Positions 1 to 12,639 of a stretch of 64,000 nt of DNA are shown one piece after another; position 1 is the stretch's first letter, and the number at the start of each line of letters is the position of its first letter. A program made the position numbers and the translations under genes. The notes beneath the pieces were generated by a model that was not told the DNA's origin, ran no database searches, and saw only the letters and a list, made by a program, of their open reading frames with translations. This DNA comes from Octopus vulgaris (lineage: Eukaryota): NCBI GenBank assembly GCA_951406725.2, contig OX597814.1, forward strand, positions 38,998,001 to 39,062,000, in the 5' to 3' direction.

Positions 1-1074
1 AAATGTAAGCTCATTTTTCTCCGGAATTTTCGTTTCACTGGTAAAGAACATCCTACGTTCTGTATAAGATTACTTGCTACATTCAGATTTGGTTGAGTCC
101 AGCTTCTCTAACGTAGGAAACCCATCGAATTCCATCATCTTGGAATTGTATTGATACTAAATTTTGATGTGAACGTTATCGAATGCAAATGAATTAGTGC
201 TTAATTCATATCCCTTTCAATTTAGTACATCTCTCTAATAGTTGCTCCTAATGTACAGTAATTTCACTCTGTTTTCTGGCCATAAAGGCTATAATTACGG
301 TCAGAGAGTTGTTCGAAATTGAGTTTATTCAGCATGTTGGACCCCTTCAAATGATCCATGGTAAATCGCCTGTCATATGAAGCAAGTTGTCAAGATTTAA
401 GTAAGTGCTGTCGTTTATCCTCCAATGCAAATGCTCAAGTAGGCTTTGTCTTCTTGTTTTGTATACTGGAGCAATCTGAAGGGTCGCTTAATCGGAAATC
501 AGAGATGCATTAACTAATATCCGTTACTGCGAAAACACCAAAATCCCACAGTTTGTTTCAGTGTGTTCTTATCTGCCTTCCAGATAACTTACTTTTTGAT
601 ATGCTTGGATTAACATTGCTACCGTATTCCTCAAAAAGGTTCAATAAATATCATTATTACACGTTCTTGTTTGGTCAGTGGAATTAAACGAAAATCTAAC
701 GGAAGACACTACCATCACAACGAGTTTATTATCCAAGTACTTACATCAACATCTGCACTTACTCAATAACAGGACGAATTACGCAATTTAGAAATTTAGT
801 ATATCAAATGAAAAATTTATGGAGCCAATAAAAGTATATCTTTAACCAGTATGTGATTGAAATTCATTGATTTCATTGCTCGACTGAATGATCAAAGACA
901 GCAATATGATTTAAGTTTGGATATTTGGTGAATTACATCATCTTTTTCAGGTCCTCACTATTTCTTGCGAACAGACATTTTTCTTTCGAATGCTCATTCT
1001 GTTAATCTTCAGATATTTCGCAATGATTCATACAGATGTTATGTTATGTTAATATTATATTAACATAACAGAAC

Positions 1075-1700
1075 ATTAGATTGCCTGAAACATGGTTAGA
1101 AAACAGTGTCCTCTGCCAACAGTAAGGAGTTGTGTCAACTGAAAATGGCATAAAAGTAAGTGGGAAAGTGGATTATATTATTCAAAGAAGAAAACGATGC
1201 AGCTTTTAATAATGATTGTGATTCGTTTCCACTGGTAATCGAAATTTCTACCAAAAGCCCCAGCTATATTTTCAATTCTGGACAAACTAATAACACTTCG
1301 TTAAACAATTCCCATGTTGTTACATCGATGATTATTTAGCTACCTCTAGACAATATCTACATGGAAATAATCATAGTCTAAAGAACAAAAATGGCCTTTA
1401 TGCTGCCACGATAAACACAACAGTCAATTAGGGTTCAAACCACATAAGTATTTTTAAAAAAAATAAATTGTCCATTATCATGCCATGTATTCAAATTTGT
1501 TTAGTGCCTCTAAAACGTAGACCAAACTGTATTGTACTATGGTTAACACAGGTAATAAACAACAGCAATGCCTGTAATAAAAATAAGAAGCGTCTACTGA
1601 GTTGTCCAAAAGGAACAAAGGAGACAGTACCAACACTTTCGCCATCATAAACCTATCATTTTACAACAATATATTAAAGGGAATGAGATTAAGTATGAGT
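1075..1700 (+). pseudogene. Highly decayed LINE ORF2 APE-endonuclease/linker remnant
   Basis: Frame fragments LPETWLENS (ETW motif), SGKVDYII and LWLTQVINNS (PWxT-like) occur in APE-LINE order, with many stops and frameshifts. Confidence 0.3.
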
Positions 1701-1940
1701 TTCCGGCATGTACCAGTATCAGTTGACAAAATATTATCCTTGTTAGATTCATATGTTTTTAGGAGAAACAAGTATGCAAAATAAGAGTATTTCTAGATGG
1801 GTGAATCGTGATTTTGCACATAATGTACTTGAGATTTTCTCACACGCACATATTTTTATATGTGCTTATATGCGTATATATAGTAATGTGTGGAGGTGTA
1901 CATGTGTATTTATATGTTTATAAGCAGACACTAATATAGG

Positions 1941-1955
1941 CACACACACACACAT

Positions 1956-2040
<85 letters not shown>
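1941..2040. repeat. (CA)n-(TA)n compound microsatellite
   Basis: Direct reading. Confidence 0.95.
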
Positions 2041-2041
<1 letters not shown>

Positions 2042-2558
2042 ACATAATTCGTTCCTTGTATATCAAGATTAATAAAAAATAAGTTTCAAAAGGTTTTGTA
2101 ATAGTAGTAAAGGTAGCAGTAGTAGAAGCAGTAGTGGTGTTGTGGTGAGGATGGTGGTGGTGGTCGTAGTAGTAGTAGTAGTAGTAGTATCAAAGTTGGA
2201 CTGGGTTATCTGATGCTATTTAATTATAAGTCATTACGAACATACGGTTACCATGTGGTAGAGATGTGGGGTTAAGTCGTTAGTTTATCCAGTAAAGCGT
2301 CTATAATTACCAATCTCAGAATCTAAGCTAACGGGTGCTTTAAATGGTAAACATGTTTTTCGACCACCATAGATTTTAGGTTTTCAGTTCGCTGTTATCT
2401 TCCCTAGATGAGTTATATAATCACTATTATACACACATTACATAATATGTGTGACGAAGCGTATGCATGTTTGCATACACGCCCTCATACACTCATACCA
2501 CAAGCGCACTAACATATATATGCATGATATAGATTTGTCCATATTTTAAATATATCTA

Positions 2559-2602
<44 letters not shown>

Positions 2603-2640
2603 AATATGTATGTGTGTACATGAATATACATAGATAGATA

Positions 2641-2704
<64 letters not shown>

Positions 2705-2774
2705 TATCTATCTATCTATATTCATATACATACATACATACATACATATTTGTGTATACATACATATATACATA

Positions 2775-3345
2775 CATATATATGGGTACTGGACGTCACC
2801 AAGTGTGTAAACAACAAGAAGTACGAAAATGAACGAGTTAGACACGCAAACAGCGAGAGAAAAAGATCGAAGACAGGACAAGTAAAACAAAGAAAGACCC
2901 TTCATTGTTTGTTGGCTGTCTATCCACTCCTTGTTTCGTGCATTCAATGATGATATGATTATCCAAAGCCAGTTGCTCCCATAAATTCTAGAATGAAATT
3001 TTGGATTTATGGAGGGTCAAAGGTAGGAACAAAATCAGGACAGTGAAGAAATACAAGGAAATCGACCATAAACATACGTGGAGCTCGTTAGAAGAGAACG
3101 ATGCGAAAATAATTACCGCTGGGAGAGATATTATCGTTGAAAAGAGTAAAGGTAGAAGAGAGAGACAGAATACGTCTAGTCCTTAAAACGTCATGCGATA
3201 AAAGAGAGGCTACGTGAGGAACAGAAAAATGAGCGATGGTCACATGTCAGCAATGAGAGAGAGAAAGAAAGATAGAAAACGGTGAGGGGCAGAAAACTGG
3301 AATTAGAGAAGGATGGGGGAGGAGACACTATAGAAAACAAACATA
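2775..3345 (-). mobile_element. Interspersed non-coding repeat family A, copy 1 (inverted relative to copies 2-4)
   Basis: GGACGTCACCAAGTGTGTAAAC... is the diverged reverse complement of 3360-3755 and 3835-4365. Confidence 0.8.
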
Positions 3346-3354
3346 TAGGGTCGT

Positions 3355-3757
3355 TAGGCTTTCTAAGGAGTGGATGTTTTCTGTCTTTTCTCTTTTCAAA
3401 GAAAATGTTTCTTCCAGCGTTCAGTATTCCCCGCTCGTACTGGTCCAAGATACCCCCGTGTTTGTTTTCGTTCGGTTAACTTGTATGACTCCTCTGTCCT
3501 GATTTTGTTCCCAACATTTACCCTCCATAAATCCAAAATTTTGTTTTGAGATTTATGGTAGCAAATGGCTTCGAAGATTCATCTTGTAGTTGAATGATCG
3601 AAATGAGGAGTAGATAGAGAGCCGACAACTGATGAAGGGTTGTTCTTTGTTTTGCTTGTCCTAGTTTGCATTTTCTCTCAGTGTTTGCGTATGTAACACA
3701 TTTTTTCCGTACTTCATGTCGTTTACACAGTTGGTGACGTCCTATAACCATATATGC
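3355..3757 (+). mobile_element. Repeat family A, copy 2
   Basis: Shares motifs GGCTTCGAAGA, CGAAATGAG, CTGATGAAGGG and GGTGACGTCC with the other copies; ends at ATATATGC. Confidence 0.8.
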
Positions 3758-3839
3758 TTATATGTAGATATATGATATATATCATTATTTAATTGAATGC
3801 CACGAATCCATTTGTGAGTTTGTCTTAACTGATTTTGAT

Positions 3840-4365
3840 ACGGCTCTTCTCTATACTGTTTTCTCCCCATCCTTCTCTAATTTCCTTTTCATCCACCCTC
3901 ACCGTGTTCTATTTGTCACTCTCTCAACTCTTTCTTTCTCGTTGCTCACACTTGACCATCGTCCATTTTTCTTTTCCTCACATGACCATCTTTCTTCTCC
4001 TGCACGACATTCTAAGGAATAGATGTATTCTATGTTTCCCCCTTTCACAGAAAGTATTTCTCCCAGCGTTTAATATTTCCCCCATTCCTTCTTGAGTAAC
4101 GACCCTCCATGTTCTGTCTGATCGGTTTCCTTGTATGTTATCCCCTCAACAAATCCCAAATTTTGTTGGGAATTTGTGGGAGCAACTGGCTTCGAAGACT
4201 CATTTTTGTCATTGAATGCTCGAAATGAGAATTAGGTAGACAGCTGACAAATAATGAAGGGTCATATTTTGTTACTTTTCCTGTTTTTCATTTTCTCTCT
4301 CGATCTTTAAAGGATTTCGTACTTCGGGTTGTTTACACGGTGACGTTCTCTACCCATATATGCAT
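3840..4365 (+). mobile_element. Repeat family A, copy 3
   Basis: Diverged direct repeat of copy 2, extending further 5'; followed by (TA)n. Confidence 0.8.
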
Positions 4366-4383
4366 ACACACGCGCGCGCGTGC

Positions 4384-4440
<57 letters not shown>

Positions 4441-4550
4441 ATTTATACGATTATGTAATTGAATGCCACGCATTCATTTCCAAGTATATATATATATATA
4501 TACATGTACATATGTATCTGTGTTTATTTATATTATATATATATATATAT

Positions 4551-4597
<47 letters not shown>

Positions 4598-7369
4598 CGT
4601 GCGTGCGTATATGCATATATAAGTTTTCATATATTTGCATGTATATGTACGAATATATCTATATACGCGTGCATGTTAGTGTAAGATTGAGTGAGCAGAC
4701 GAATGAAAATAGCACTCAGTATTTGGTAGAAGAGAAAGCGAATATTCTATGTATGCAGAAGGATTTACCTATGCGAAAAAGCTGAAAAATCCTTCTCCTT
4801 GTGTATGAACTTTCAATTCCCATTCCATTGTGAGCTGACACAAAGTTATTTTACTGTTTTTTCTTCTATTTCTTTTTTGGCTACTTTGTGGCTAATCTTT
4901 CGCAGTTTCGAAACACACACTATGCATGCACGTATATGTAAACAAGTACATAGGCACGCATACCACATCCCCCACCATACGCATGTATACATACATATAA
5001 ATAAATATACATATATATATAAATGTGAGTATGTATGTATGCATACATAAATGGGCGCAGAAGAATACTGCTTTGTATGTTCTGTATTTCATCGAATCTC
5101 AGTTTTATATGGTATACTTATTGGAATTTCTCATCTAGAATTGTAAAGAAAATATATGTTGAGATTCAATGCTTTCCTAACGAATATTATCTATGGGGAG
5201 TCATAAATCTCACAAACAATTCAAATAATAAATAACGGGGTCGGGGACAGGCAACCTTTAATAAAAGTTTTACGAAATATTGGGTTATTTTGATATTTAC
5301 AAATGCATTTTATTTTTGTTTATCCAATACTTTGACACGTTTATAATATTGTCAATTTCATCAATGCTATTTCATAACATTCGAAAGAAGACTCACCCGA
5401 GCATGTCTACTTTTATTAATTCTGCTCTATATGAAACAAACAAGAAATTGTTAGAATCTGTGCGTGAGATGAATACAATAGAAATATATAAATATTCAAT
5501 ATAATAAATAATTATATATAAAAGTAAATGTGAGCTAGTCTGTGTGTAACTTTGTACGTCTATATCCAGTATAACATAGACTAAATTACACGCTCGATTA
5601 AAAACAATATACAAGTGTGTACCTATGAATGAACCACGAATATATGCAACAATCCACAAAAGTAAATATTTTCTATTAAACAAATGAAGGATTCTCTATA
5701 GTGTGACTTTAACTGCAAAAAAAAAAAAAAAAGTAGCATTGAATTCCACGCATTTGTTCTAGAAAAGAATGCGTTGGATACTGTAATATTGGGGAGTGAC
5801 TGCTTTGAAGAAAGAGAATATACTTACGAGAAGAGCGCCATTGTATTGAGGTCAGGTCAAACATTACTAAACTAATACTGAATTTATTATCTCTTCAGCA
5901 ATACAACCAGCCGTCACTCTCGAACAATTAATGCTCGATAAAGCATAATTTGCAAAGCTGATTGATTTTGGCGCTTGATATAGTGTGAAGCATCCATAGG
6001 CAGCTCACTTCACCTACAATTTTAAGCGGCGGACTCCCAAGGTTGTAGCATTAAGAAAAGAGGGACACCAATACCTACTTGCTAGTATGTTACTGTTCAT
6101 AAGCCCGAAGTAGCATGGAATGAAGCATTTTGCTGAATGACTAGCAAATACCTATTCAGAACTTAATGCCAAAATGTCAAAACCAATTTTTAAATGCGAT
6201 AATAATTATCACTCGAGGGAAAGAATAATGTCGACTTTTTTTAAATGTAAAGAACAATGCTGTCGTTGAATCTCATCAAGGCATTGTAGAAATTAGATTT
6301 GAACTCGCTAAGTTGGCTTTTAGCTCTACATCGTAAACCGATATCAGTGAATTTGAATCCCTTTTTTGTACATGTATTCTTTCTACAAGTATGGGCTTGA
6401 ACAAGATATATATTGAAGAAGAAGAATATACGGTCCATGTTTCTACTATAATATGTTTCTACAATAATACCATGTACAATAATATCATTTACAATAATAC
6501 CATATACATCTGTATCGCTTTATAGCTATTGTTCATTGAAAGACAATTAAAGTCGAGATATAACAACAATTATATTTCACCGAGATTCGGTAGGTTATTT
6601 TTTAAATCAACCAAATATGAAACGTGCTTATGTCGCCAGTTCAGTAATTTAGATTAAGCATAAACTTCTAAGACTCCATTTAAGTCATGTATTTCAGAAT
6701 CGGCTTAAGATTATGTATTAAATGAAAAATGTTGATAAACAAATGAAGACATAATTTTTGTAGACCGGTTTCTATATTTCTTTTTGATTAGGAAAAATAT
6801 CGCATATGTACCCCCTACATTTGTCTAACCATGAAACTATATATCGAACAGACTTACCAGTTTCGGTTGTTATTGGAACCTCGCTTAACGGTTCATCTTT
6901 GACAACTATCGCCATAAAAAATTTATTTGTTCAGATCCTTCGAGAAAAGGTGAACGCTCCTACGCCGTCTTCGAAGGGAGGGTTCATCATAAAAATATAT
7001 GTATGCGCGCACGCACGTTCGTGTGTGTATGTGTATGTGTGTGTATATATATGCCTGTATATATGTATGTGTGCTTGTAAGTTTTGCGCATGACTTTTCG
7101 CGCACGCGCGTGTATGTGCAAAACTGCGTGGAAGAATCTCCGATGGATGGTGCTTGTAATTCAACTGTCCACTAACTTCACCATCTATTAAACTGATCTC
7201 TCTTGTGTATTACGTTACGAATCCAATTGAATGATTTGATTCATTCATTTGATTGGGCAACTGCGCGTTTTAAAAAGATCGTAAAGGGAATGTCCGTTAT
7301 CTGTATGTGTTAATTTGTGTATGCATGTATTTGTGGGCATGTGTGTGTATATATTTTGTTTTTACTAAG

Positions 7370-7547
7370 CATAAGGGGCTAAACACAGAGATAACATACA
7401 AGGACAGAGAAACGGATTAAGTCTATTATATCGACCCCAGTGCCTAACTGGTACTTATTTAATCGATCCCAAAAGTATGAATGGCAAAGTCGACGTCGGC
7501 GGAATTTTAACTGAGAACGTAGCAGCAGACGAAATACCGCTAAGCAT
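7370..7547 (-). mobile_element. tRNA-derived SINE (family S1), 5'-truncated
   Basis: Reverse complement matches 22067-22292 (...GTCGACTTTGCC...AAGTACCAG...GGGGTCGAT). Confidence 0.85.
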
Positions 7548-7858
7548 GTGTGTATATTTGTTTGTGTGCATGTTTGTGTGCGTGCACGTGTGTGTGTGTG
7601 TGAGTGTGTGTGTATGTGTGTGCGTATGTATGCATTAACGTTTGTACTGTTTCTAGTGTATATGACACTGTCTTGTTTTTTTTTTTGAAAAAAACTACAA
7701 ATGACAGGGGTCGTATTATTTGTTTGAAACTGAATGTTTGTTCGACATTTCGAAAATCTTAAATTGGTAATTAATTAGACAAGACACCTGCTTAGCATAA
7801 TCAGAAAAAAGAAAAAGAATGATGATGGTCACCATGATGATGATGATGATGATGGTGG

Positions 7859-7891
<33 letters not shown>

Positions 7892-8227
7892 ACAGCAGCA
7901 GCATAATACCGACGAAGATGATGACGGTGACGGTATCGGTTTTAGAAAAAATTTCGGTCGTAATCTTTTTCAGATATCATCCACCAGCAGTATATTTCAT
8001 ACATTTGATCACCATTCTAGTCTGTCTTTCACAGGAATTAAACATTCATTGTATTTTTACTTTTTCCAAGTATTGATATTGTCCATTGACCCAATTCTTT
8101 CTATTTCCCTCATTAGAACATTTTTTTCTACTGAAACCCTATATAAACAATGATAGCTTTTATTTATTAGCCATCCAAAATATTTAGTTTCCTCTCTGAT
8201 ATATTTCTATCCAATATAATTTCGTTC

Positions 8228-8390
8228 GGGCGAAATGCTTTGCTGTATTTCCTCTGTCTTTATGTTCTGAGCTCAAATTTCGCCGACGTCGACTTTACTT
8301 TCCGAGGTCGAAGTTGCGTACAAGGGTCGATCTAATCGACTGGCATCCCTCCTCCAAAATTTCAGGCCGTGTGCCTAGAGTAGATCAGAA
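8228..8390 (+). mobile_element. SINE S1 fragment
   Basis: GGGCGAAATGCTT...TTCTGAGCTCAAATTTCGCCGACGTCGACTTT matches S1. Confidence 0.8.
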
Positions 8391-8507
8391 TATAATTCCG
8401 CTGGTTCTGTTATTCTTACTGTTTCATTAGTGCCTAACAAACTTCCTGCATAATACCAAGACATGTATTTTTTATGACTACATCACAAACGTCACTCATA
8501 AAGTACA

Positions 8508-8705
8508 ATCGTTAGAATGCCGGGTAAAGTGCTTAATGGCATTTCGTCCGTTTTTACTTTCTGAGTTCAAATTCCGTCAAGGTTGGCTTTGCATTTCATC
8601 ATTTCGGGGCAGATAAAATAGGTACCAGTTAAGGTCATGTATATTTCCATCGACCTACCCACCTCTGGCGAACTTGCTTGCCTTGTGCCAAAATTTGAAA
8701 ACAAT
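8508..8705 (+). mobile_element. SINE S1 copy
   Basis: ATCGTTAGAATGCCGGG...TTCTGAGTTCAAATTCCG...GATAAAATAGGTACCAG. Confidence 0.8.
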
Positions 8706-9039
8706 ATTATTATTCTTGTTGAAATCAATATTACCAATCCATATCATGTTGTGGACGAATACATTATATTTTGATAAACTATTTCAGGACTATAATTACA
8801 ATATATCACTTAATATCAAATATATATAACAAAAAAAAATATGCATATCTAGGATGGAGAACAGTGTTAACTGAGAGTATGTCTGACTCAAATAATAATT
8901 TTTGGGGTGTTTTGGATTAGTTACAAATCACAGTTCATGACACAAGAAATACATATATTGACCTAAATCTAGCAAATATTCTCTACGGTTCTCGAATAAT
9001 GGAGAAGGTCTGTTAGAATTAGCCTGTATATGACTTTTA

Positions 9040-9245
9040 TATTTTACTTGTCTCATTCACTGGACTGCGTCCATGCTGGGGTAATTTCATTAGCAGGTTT
9101 ACTCGAAAAGGTCGATCCCAGTACTTATTTATTTTCAAGTCTGACACTTGTTTTGTCTGTCACTTTTCCCGAAGATTTATGTTACAGGGATTGGAAACAA
9201 GGCAACACCGGTTGTCAAGCATGGATAAGGGACAAACACAAATGC
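9040..9245 (+). mobile_element. SINE-derived fragment (S3 tail, reverse orientation)
   Basis: TTTTACTTGTCTCATTCACTGGACTGCGTCCATGCTGG...GTCGATCCCAGTACTTATT is similar to 19790-19975 and to the reverse complement of 50735-50810. Confidence 0.65.
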
Positions 9246-9322
9246 ACTCACACATACATGCATAAGCATACATGTGTGTGTATATATATATATGTATATA
9301 TATACATACACACAAACACATG

Positions 9323-9410
<88 letters not shown>

Positions 9411-9417
<7 letters not shown>

Positions 9418-10128
9418 GATATAGGATAAAAAATATTTCGGGAAAAAAATTTATCAATGGCCAGCATATCAAAACATGCCTTTAAAGGTAAAATTTATAC
9501 ATAATTTACAAGGTAAGGGCAGAAGAAACATTTTTATGCCAATACGGTAATAACGAATTTTTTAGAGATTTCTATCGGTATGTTTCGAGACGCATAAATT
9601 TAATGGTTATAGACAATTTTTTTGTTTCGGCGTATCTGGCATTAGAATTTTTCTTCTGCCCTTATCTTGTAAATTATGTATAAATTTTACATTTAAAGGC
9701 ATTTTTTGATATGCTGGCCATTGATAAAAAAATTTTCCCCAAAAAAAATTTAGCCTATATCAATTATAAATAGATTAGTGTTCACTTCTGGATTCTATCA
9801 CTCTGTGAAAGTTTCTAGTTCGAATCACACGTGGCTCGTGGTGCACCGAAGATTTTTCTATTTGGATGTATTTGGGGTACTTAAGTCTGCTCGGCACTTG
9901 GTGCTTGCTTCTTCCATAAGTATTTCATTTATATCTCGCGTATGTGCCGCTGAAGAGGGTAACATTTCTTGTTAATTAACCCCGAAATTGGACCAATACG
10001 GTAATAACGAATTTTTTAGAGATTTCTATCGGTTTGTTTCGAGACGCATAAATTGAATGGTTATAGACAAATTTTTTGTTTCGGGGTATCTGGCATTAGA
10101 ATTTTTATTCTGCCCTTATTTTGTAAAT

Positions 10129-10135
<7 letters not shown>
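9411..10135 (+). mobile_element. Penelope-like non-autonomous element with inverted and direct pseudo-LTR copies, between (TA)n tracts
   Basis: 9411-9540 is the reverse complement of ~9638-9768. 9539-9680 is directly repeated at 9993-10135. Contains an HHR. Confidence 0.75.
9945..10003 (+). ncRNA. Type I hammerhead ribozyme, canonical core
   Basis: tgccg-CTGAAGA-GGG(taac atttctt gtta attaac)CCC-GAAA-ttgg a ccaa-TA-cggta. Stems I, II and III all pair; predicted cleavage after 9998. Confidence 0.8.
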
Positions 10136-10175
<40 letters not shown>

Positions 10176-10582
10176 TGTGCCTGAGTGAGTGTAAGGCGTC
10201 TCTGCATGAGAATGTGCACATGGAGGATATTTTGAAAATGTGTGAAATACAATGATATGTAAACATAATTATGTATATATGTGTATTACTGCTGTTGACA
10301 CTTTCATTTTGTGCAGTTCCATTTTACGATTTAGTCAAAGGAACACATGAATACATGTATCGGTTTACGTGAGTGTGTGTTTGTTTTTGCAGTGAGGATT
10401 TCTATGTATATGTATGTGCTTGTGCGTGTGTGCACTTGCGTGTATGTGTGTGTGGTTGAGCGCTTATTTGTATGTGTGTGTATATATGTATCCTTGTTTA
10501 CTATGTGTCTCACATTCCATCCGGTTGTGTCCTACCAATTCGTTCCTCCTCAATTTACAGCATCGGCTCGAACATTGATATA

Positions 10583-11135
10583 ATGATTTGAGATAGAGGA
10601 GAGCAATTTTGTACAGCTGTGGAATTTAGATGCCCAGCGGATGTTAACAAACCTAAAGATCAGTGAAAACGAGAATACCTACGATGAACTATTGAGAAAT
10701 CTGTAATTACTCTATTCAGGTGACATGTTCAGGCATATACCTGTAATTATTGGAGCCATGGGACATGTAACACACGCTCGAAATAACAATCTTGAGGAAT
10801 TAGGCTTCTGACAACCATATTTTAAGACTAGAGATCCAATTCATCACTGGGGCTGTAAAAATCTGTAAAACAAACCAGGAATCTAGATATACCAGGATGT
10901 CTAGATATGTATATAAGCATGTGTAGCAACAACTATATTCATAACAATACATACAAAAAATATTTATAAATATCTGCACATAAACATACATACATAAATA
11001 CATACATACATATATGCATATATAAATACCCTGTTGTTGATCTTGAAATTCAAATGAAGGACCTTGGATCTTTCTTAGAAACCGGCTCTCTCTCTCTGTA
11101 AGAAGTCTTGGAATGTAACTGAATAATGATATGCA
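10583..11135 (+). mobile_element. RLE-type (restriction-like endonuclease) non-LTR retrotransposon, 3' end plus 3' UTR
   Basis: MI*DRGEQFCTAVEFRCPADVN...ENTYDELLRNL...IPVIIGAMGHVT. Same family as 56300-57185; followed by (TACA)n. Confidence 0.75.
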
Positions 11136-11139
11136 TACC

Positions 11140-11207
11140 TACATATAGATACACATACATACGTTTCTACATATAGCTATGCATACATACATGCATACAT
11201 ACGTACG

Positions 11208-11241
<34 letters not shown>

Positions 11242-11283
11242 CATACATACATACATACATACATACATACATACATACATACA

Positions 11284-11319
<36 letters not shown>

Positions 11320-11330
11320 CATACATATGG
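11140..11330. repeat. (TACA)n microsatellite
   Basis: Direct reading. Confidence 0.95.
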
Positions 11331-11765
11331 ATGCATGTAATTTTACACCTCGTTACTGATAGAGAAATTTGTGCCTAATTACTCTAAAGAAATTATTTTC
11401 TAATCACTTTCTCTTGTGAATTGCAATGTTTGGAGGTTTGCAATGCACTTAGTTTCTATTTTGACATTTTATTTTAAATAACGAGACTTAAGAAATATAA
11501 ATGATAAATGTTATATTGCTCCAAACTTGCTTCCTACAGAGAAGCCCCTCGATATAAAATTTCGACTACCTGGATGTAAGACTTTAGCCTGGAACAAAAC
11601 TAACGAACTGGGTGTCCTCAGTGGGGCTGATATAAAAATGATTGACATAGAAATAACAAGCAGACGATTCTCTATTATCAAGAATACAAAAGAAAAGTTA
11701 TATGATATATTACTGTATGTAATATCATATATTACTGTATATCTCTCCCGCTTTCGCTCAAGGGA

Positions 11766-12300
11766 CTAGACTTTTAGCTGTTTCAGCCTGTCAAGTAACT
11801 TCCTCAACACCACGTCATAATGCTGTAGGAACCGGGTCAGGCAACTCCCGCCTGGTCGAAAACCATTTTGGTTATCACTCAGCAAGTCGTTTCGTTCAAG
11901 GATTTCCTTTATTTTCCTTCTGACTATTCGCTCCCTGAATTTGCAGATGTTTGAGGTCAGAGAGCTAGGCATATAATCTTTGGCATCTGCTCTGCTTCCT
12001 CTTTGATGAATTGGACATATTTTTCCTCCCCTTCAGTTTGTTTAGCGGCTTGCCATTTGCAACAGATCTCTGAAAGAGAATCTGTAGTGGTTCGTCAATG
12101 CACGTTTACACTATTTGAGGAGGATTACTGGGAAACCATCAGGCCAGCGGTTGAGTTTGCGTCCGACTCGTTTATGGCTAGTATTATATCTTCTTCACCA
12201 ACGTTGATGTAATGCACCGTAACTACGACGCTGGCTAAAGGTGAAACGGAACATGTATCCACTGATTCGTCCACTTGTCCGAGTATTAAATATCCATTAC
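11766..12300 (-). pseudogene. CR1/Jockey-group LINE reverse transcriptase fragment
   Basis: KGGSRADAKDYMPSSLTSNICK..ERIV...LLSDNQNGFRPGGSCLT matches the RT YRPISLTS and QxGFR motifs. Confidence 0.85.
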
Positions 12301-12639
12301 TGCCGATCTTACCAATCGATTTCTCGCAAAGAGTTCAATGGAGAGTTAGGTAACAGTAATCATAGATTATACATTGTAAATTAAACAAAAAAACAGAGAA
12401 AAATATAAAACAAACAAACAAATGTTTGGATTTGGCACTAGTAATATATTAATATGACACACTCAAAGAAGGAAAAGAGCAGAAGTTTATTCTTCCAGAA
12501 TAGCTCTTCTTTGGAAACTGGAAGAAACAGGAAAGTCTAAGGTGGATAGGACATAATATCGCTAACGATCACGTGCTGTTACATTTTTGGAGTAAGTGAC
12601 CGGAAGAAGGAATGAAGAAAAATGCTTTCTGGAAGAGGA

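Noticed and set aside
1042-1070. Perfect 14-bp-arm AT-rich palindrome
   Set aside because: Low complexity; likely a local fold-back duplication.
5828-6013. Minus-strand exon-like segment with a GTAAGT donor
   Set aside because: Stop codons in all three frames.
7819-7892. (GAT)n followed by (CAT)n fold-back
   Set aside because: Simple-repeat inversion with no evidence of function.
11045-11095. HHR-like TGAAGG..GAAACCGG motif in the RLE-LINE 3' UTR (also 56375-56425)
   Set aside because: The core reads CAAATGA or CCAGTGA and there is no adjacent stem I; too degenerate to call.
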